Shown in pieces: positions 37,101-37,590 of a stretch of DNA of 37,590 nucleotides. Below the pieces are notes generated by a model. The model saw only the letters and a list, made by a program, of their open reading frames with translations, ran no database searches and was not told the DNA's origin. The position numbers and the translations under genes were made by a program. The stretch lies in assembly GCA_963617285.1 (NCBI GenBank), contig CAVEOR010000001.1, forward strand, positions 1 through 37,590, written 5' to 3'. The stretch is from Anaerovoracaceae bacterium. GTDB lineage: Bacteria > Bacillota > Clostridia > Peptostreptococcales > Anaerovoracaceae. How positions within the stretch are numbered: the first letter of the stretch is position 1; each line of letters opens with the position of its first letter.

Positions 37101-37585
37101 AGGGTCTCGTAGTATTCGGCGAAAACGCTGATATCGACACTACAGGTCTTGAGTTCCTTGCAGTTTGCGACACTCACATGACTGAGCTTGCTGAGAAGGC
37201 TTGCGTAGTAATCCCTGGTACTGGATTCGCTAGTGCTGATGGTACTTACACTAACACTGAAAGAAGACTTCAGCCAGTTGTAGCTGCTATCGACGAAGGC
37301 ATCGAGTTTGCTAACTGGGAGGTTGCAGCAGAGATCGCTGGTATCTTCGAGGTTGACTTCGGTTGGGCTACAGAGGATGATATCTCAGTTGAGATGTGCG
37401 ACACAGTTCCTGCATATAAGTATGCAGAGATTGGCGAAGTTCTCGGTGGAGTTCTTGCTCCTACAGACGAGGCTAAGCTTGTTGCAGTTGCAGACGGCGC
37501 AGTAGTAGATGCACTTCCTACTACAGACAGCCTGATGCAGGACATCATTGACAGACTTCCAAAGGCAGCAAACCCAACAGCATAA
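34124..37585 (+). CDS. Large Fe-S/FAD oxidoreductase: [2Fe-2S] + GltD/NfnB-like NADP(H) module + 2x[4Fe-4S] + degenerate molybdopterin-oxidoreductase-like domain (StnC-like)
   Basis: PTLC..CGLC..C; GRVCPHPCEEAC; GGGPMG, GGMLRYGIP, GGGNTAMD, YRRT; CILCGLCVRVC, CISCGQCVSVCP, CSYCSVGC; GTYTNTERR; ATG 34124 behind GGAGGAGG. Confidence 0.88.
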   Translation: MKKYRLNINGKEVTGFAGQTILEVARENDIFIPTLCYDERTKIYGSCGLCMCEVDGNPKLCKACATEIAPGMIVNTNTDRVIESRKTNLELLLSNHTGDCRPPCVLACPAKTDCQGYVGLIANGQFEEALELVKDKIPLPAALGRVCPHPCEEACRRGLVDEPISIQQLKRFVADQDLDGQRFIPECEEDTGKSVAIIGGGPMGLSAAYFLRQMGHRVTVFESMPKAGGMLRYGIPEYRLPKAVLDDEIATIEMMGAEIITNTKVGVDIPFETIKNDYDAVLLGIGAWVSTGVGCKGEDAKGVIGGIDFLRHVVRNEEIGIGEKVAIVGGGNTAMDACRTAVRLGAKEVYNIYRRTKDEMPADMVEIEEAEEEGVIFKNLTNPLEVVADENGHVKEVILQVMELGEPDASGRRKPVPVEGKTETLAIDTMILAIGQAVDASIFDCDKTRKNAIAYDPETFMTSIPGVFAGGDCGNDKISIAVEAIADAKKVSEIIDAYLDGEEIKYEKPFFCERDDINEKTFEDRERMCRPTLPQLSAEERKDNFSEVIPYAYTEEQAVEEASRCLECGCHDYFECKLIDFANQYDVHPERFAGDKNTIEFEDAHPFIVRDPNKCILCGLCVRVCDEVMGVGALGLVHRGFDTVVKPNMEKPLIESGCISCGQCVSVCPTGALQEKTSMIKETPLATDVTETTCSYCSVGCSLKLESYGDLLIKANPDKEGVVNQGLACGKGKWGFDCAVLEGKLEEPLIKEDGRFRIADYYESVVLVAKKMQSIASKYGKDAIAVAISDRYTNEEAYAMKRMADVMGAKVLCMNNRANGLAEVLGFDASPNTIDELLSTNVILRVGFEDNDSRVIALKMKQAEEAGAQVIRVCSGENDLGLLKQVAKAIIESGKAKKVAGYDEFEASLAGVTVSEEAKAIADAYLGAKKAMIVYQQNFLTVDGAKLVGDIALLSGHIGGPRNGILMVKPKNNSQGLIDMGITAGVEALEGVKGLVVFGENADIDTTGLEFLAVCDTHMTELAEKACVVIPGTGFASADGTYTNTERRLQPVVAAIDEGIEFANWEVAAEIAGIFEVDFGWATEDDISVEMCDTVPAYKYAEIGEVLGGVLAPTDEAKLVAVADGAVVDALPTTDSLMQDIIDRLPKAANPTA

Positions 37586-37590
37586 TCGCT

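Noticed and set aside
31826..37585. Respiratory complex I, [FeFe]-hydrogenase or formate dehydrogenase
   Set aside because: No membrane Nuo subunits, no H-cluster motifs, no in-frame TGA, and no recognisable catalytic Cys/Sec-His motif in the truncated molybdopterin-like domain

Overview
AT/GC-balanced chromosomal window from an anaerobic Clostridia-like (Bacillota) bacterium; every supportable gene is on the + strand. (1) 117-9963: an accessory, apparently co-transcribed RiPP-like locus. It encodes a radical SAM/SPASM enzyme with a probable N-terminal RiPP-recognition element, the three-gene NHLM/NHLP-type export cassette (short accessory protein, C39 peptidase-ABC, partner ABC), two tandem Nif11-like double-glycine precursors and two paralogous lipoprotein Ntn-hydrolases, and is closed by a terminator. 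The precursor cores are unusually long (73/74 aa, nine Cys each), with near-identical ends around a hypervariable middle. (2) 10201-31685: housekeeping run secDF-rel-dtd-MBL hydrolase-hemZ-hisS-aspS-nadD-yqeK-rsfS-leuS-rnj-ylbF family-efp-mltG-O-methyltransferase-U32 protein-CBS/CorC protein. (3) 31826-37585: a three-gene NuoE-like/NuoF-like/large Fe-S flavoprotein operon whose architecture matches the StnABC-type electron-bifurcating transhydrogenase rather than complex I, a hydrogenase or formate dehydrogenase. No rRNA, tRNA, CRISPR array, T-box or mobile-element gene was recognised. All calls come from reading motifs by eye; no database searches were run. The RiPP locus may extend beyond the left edge.
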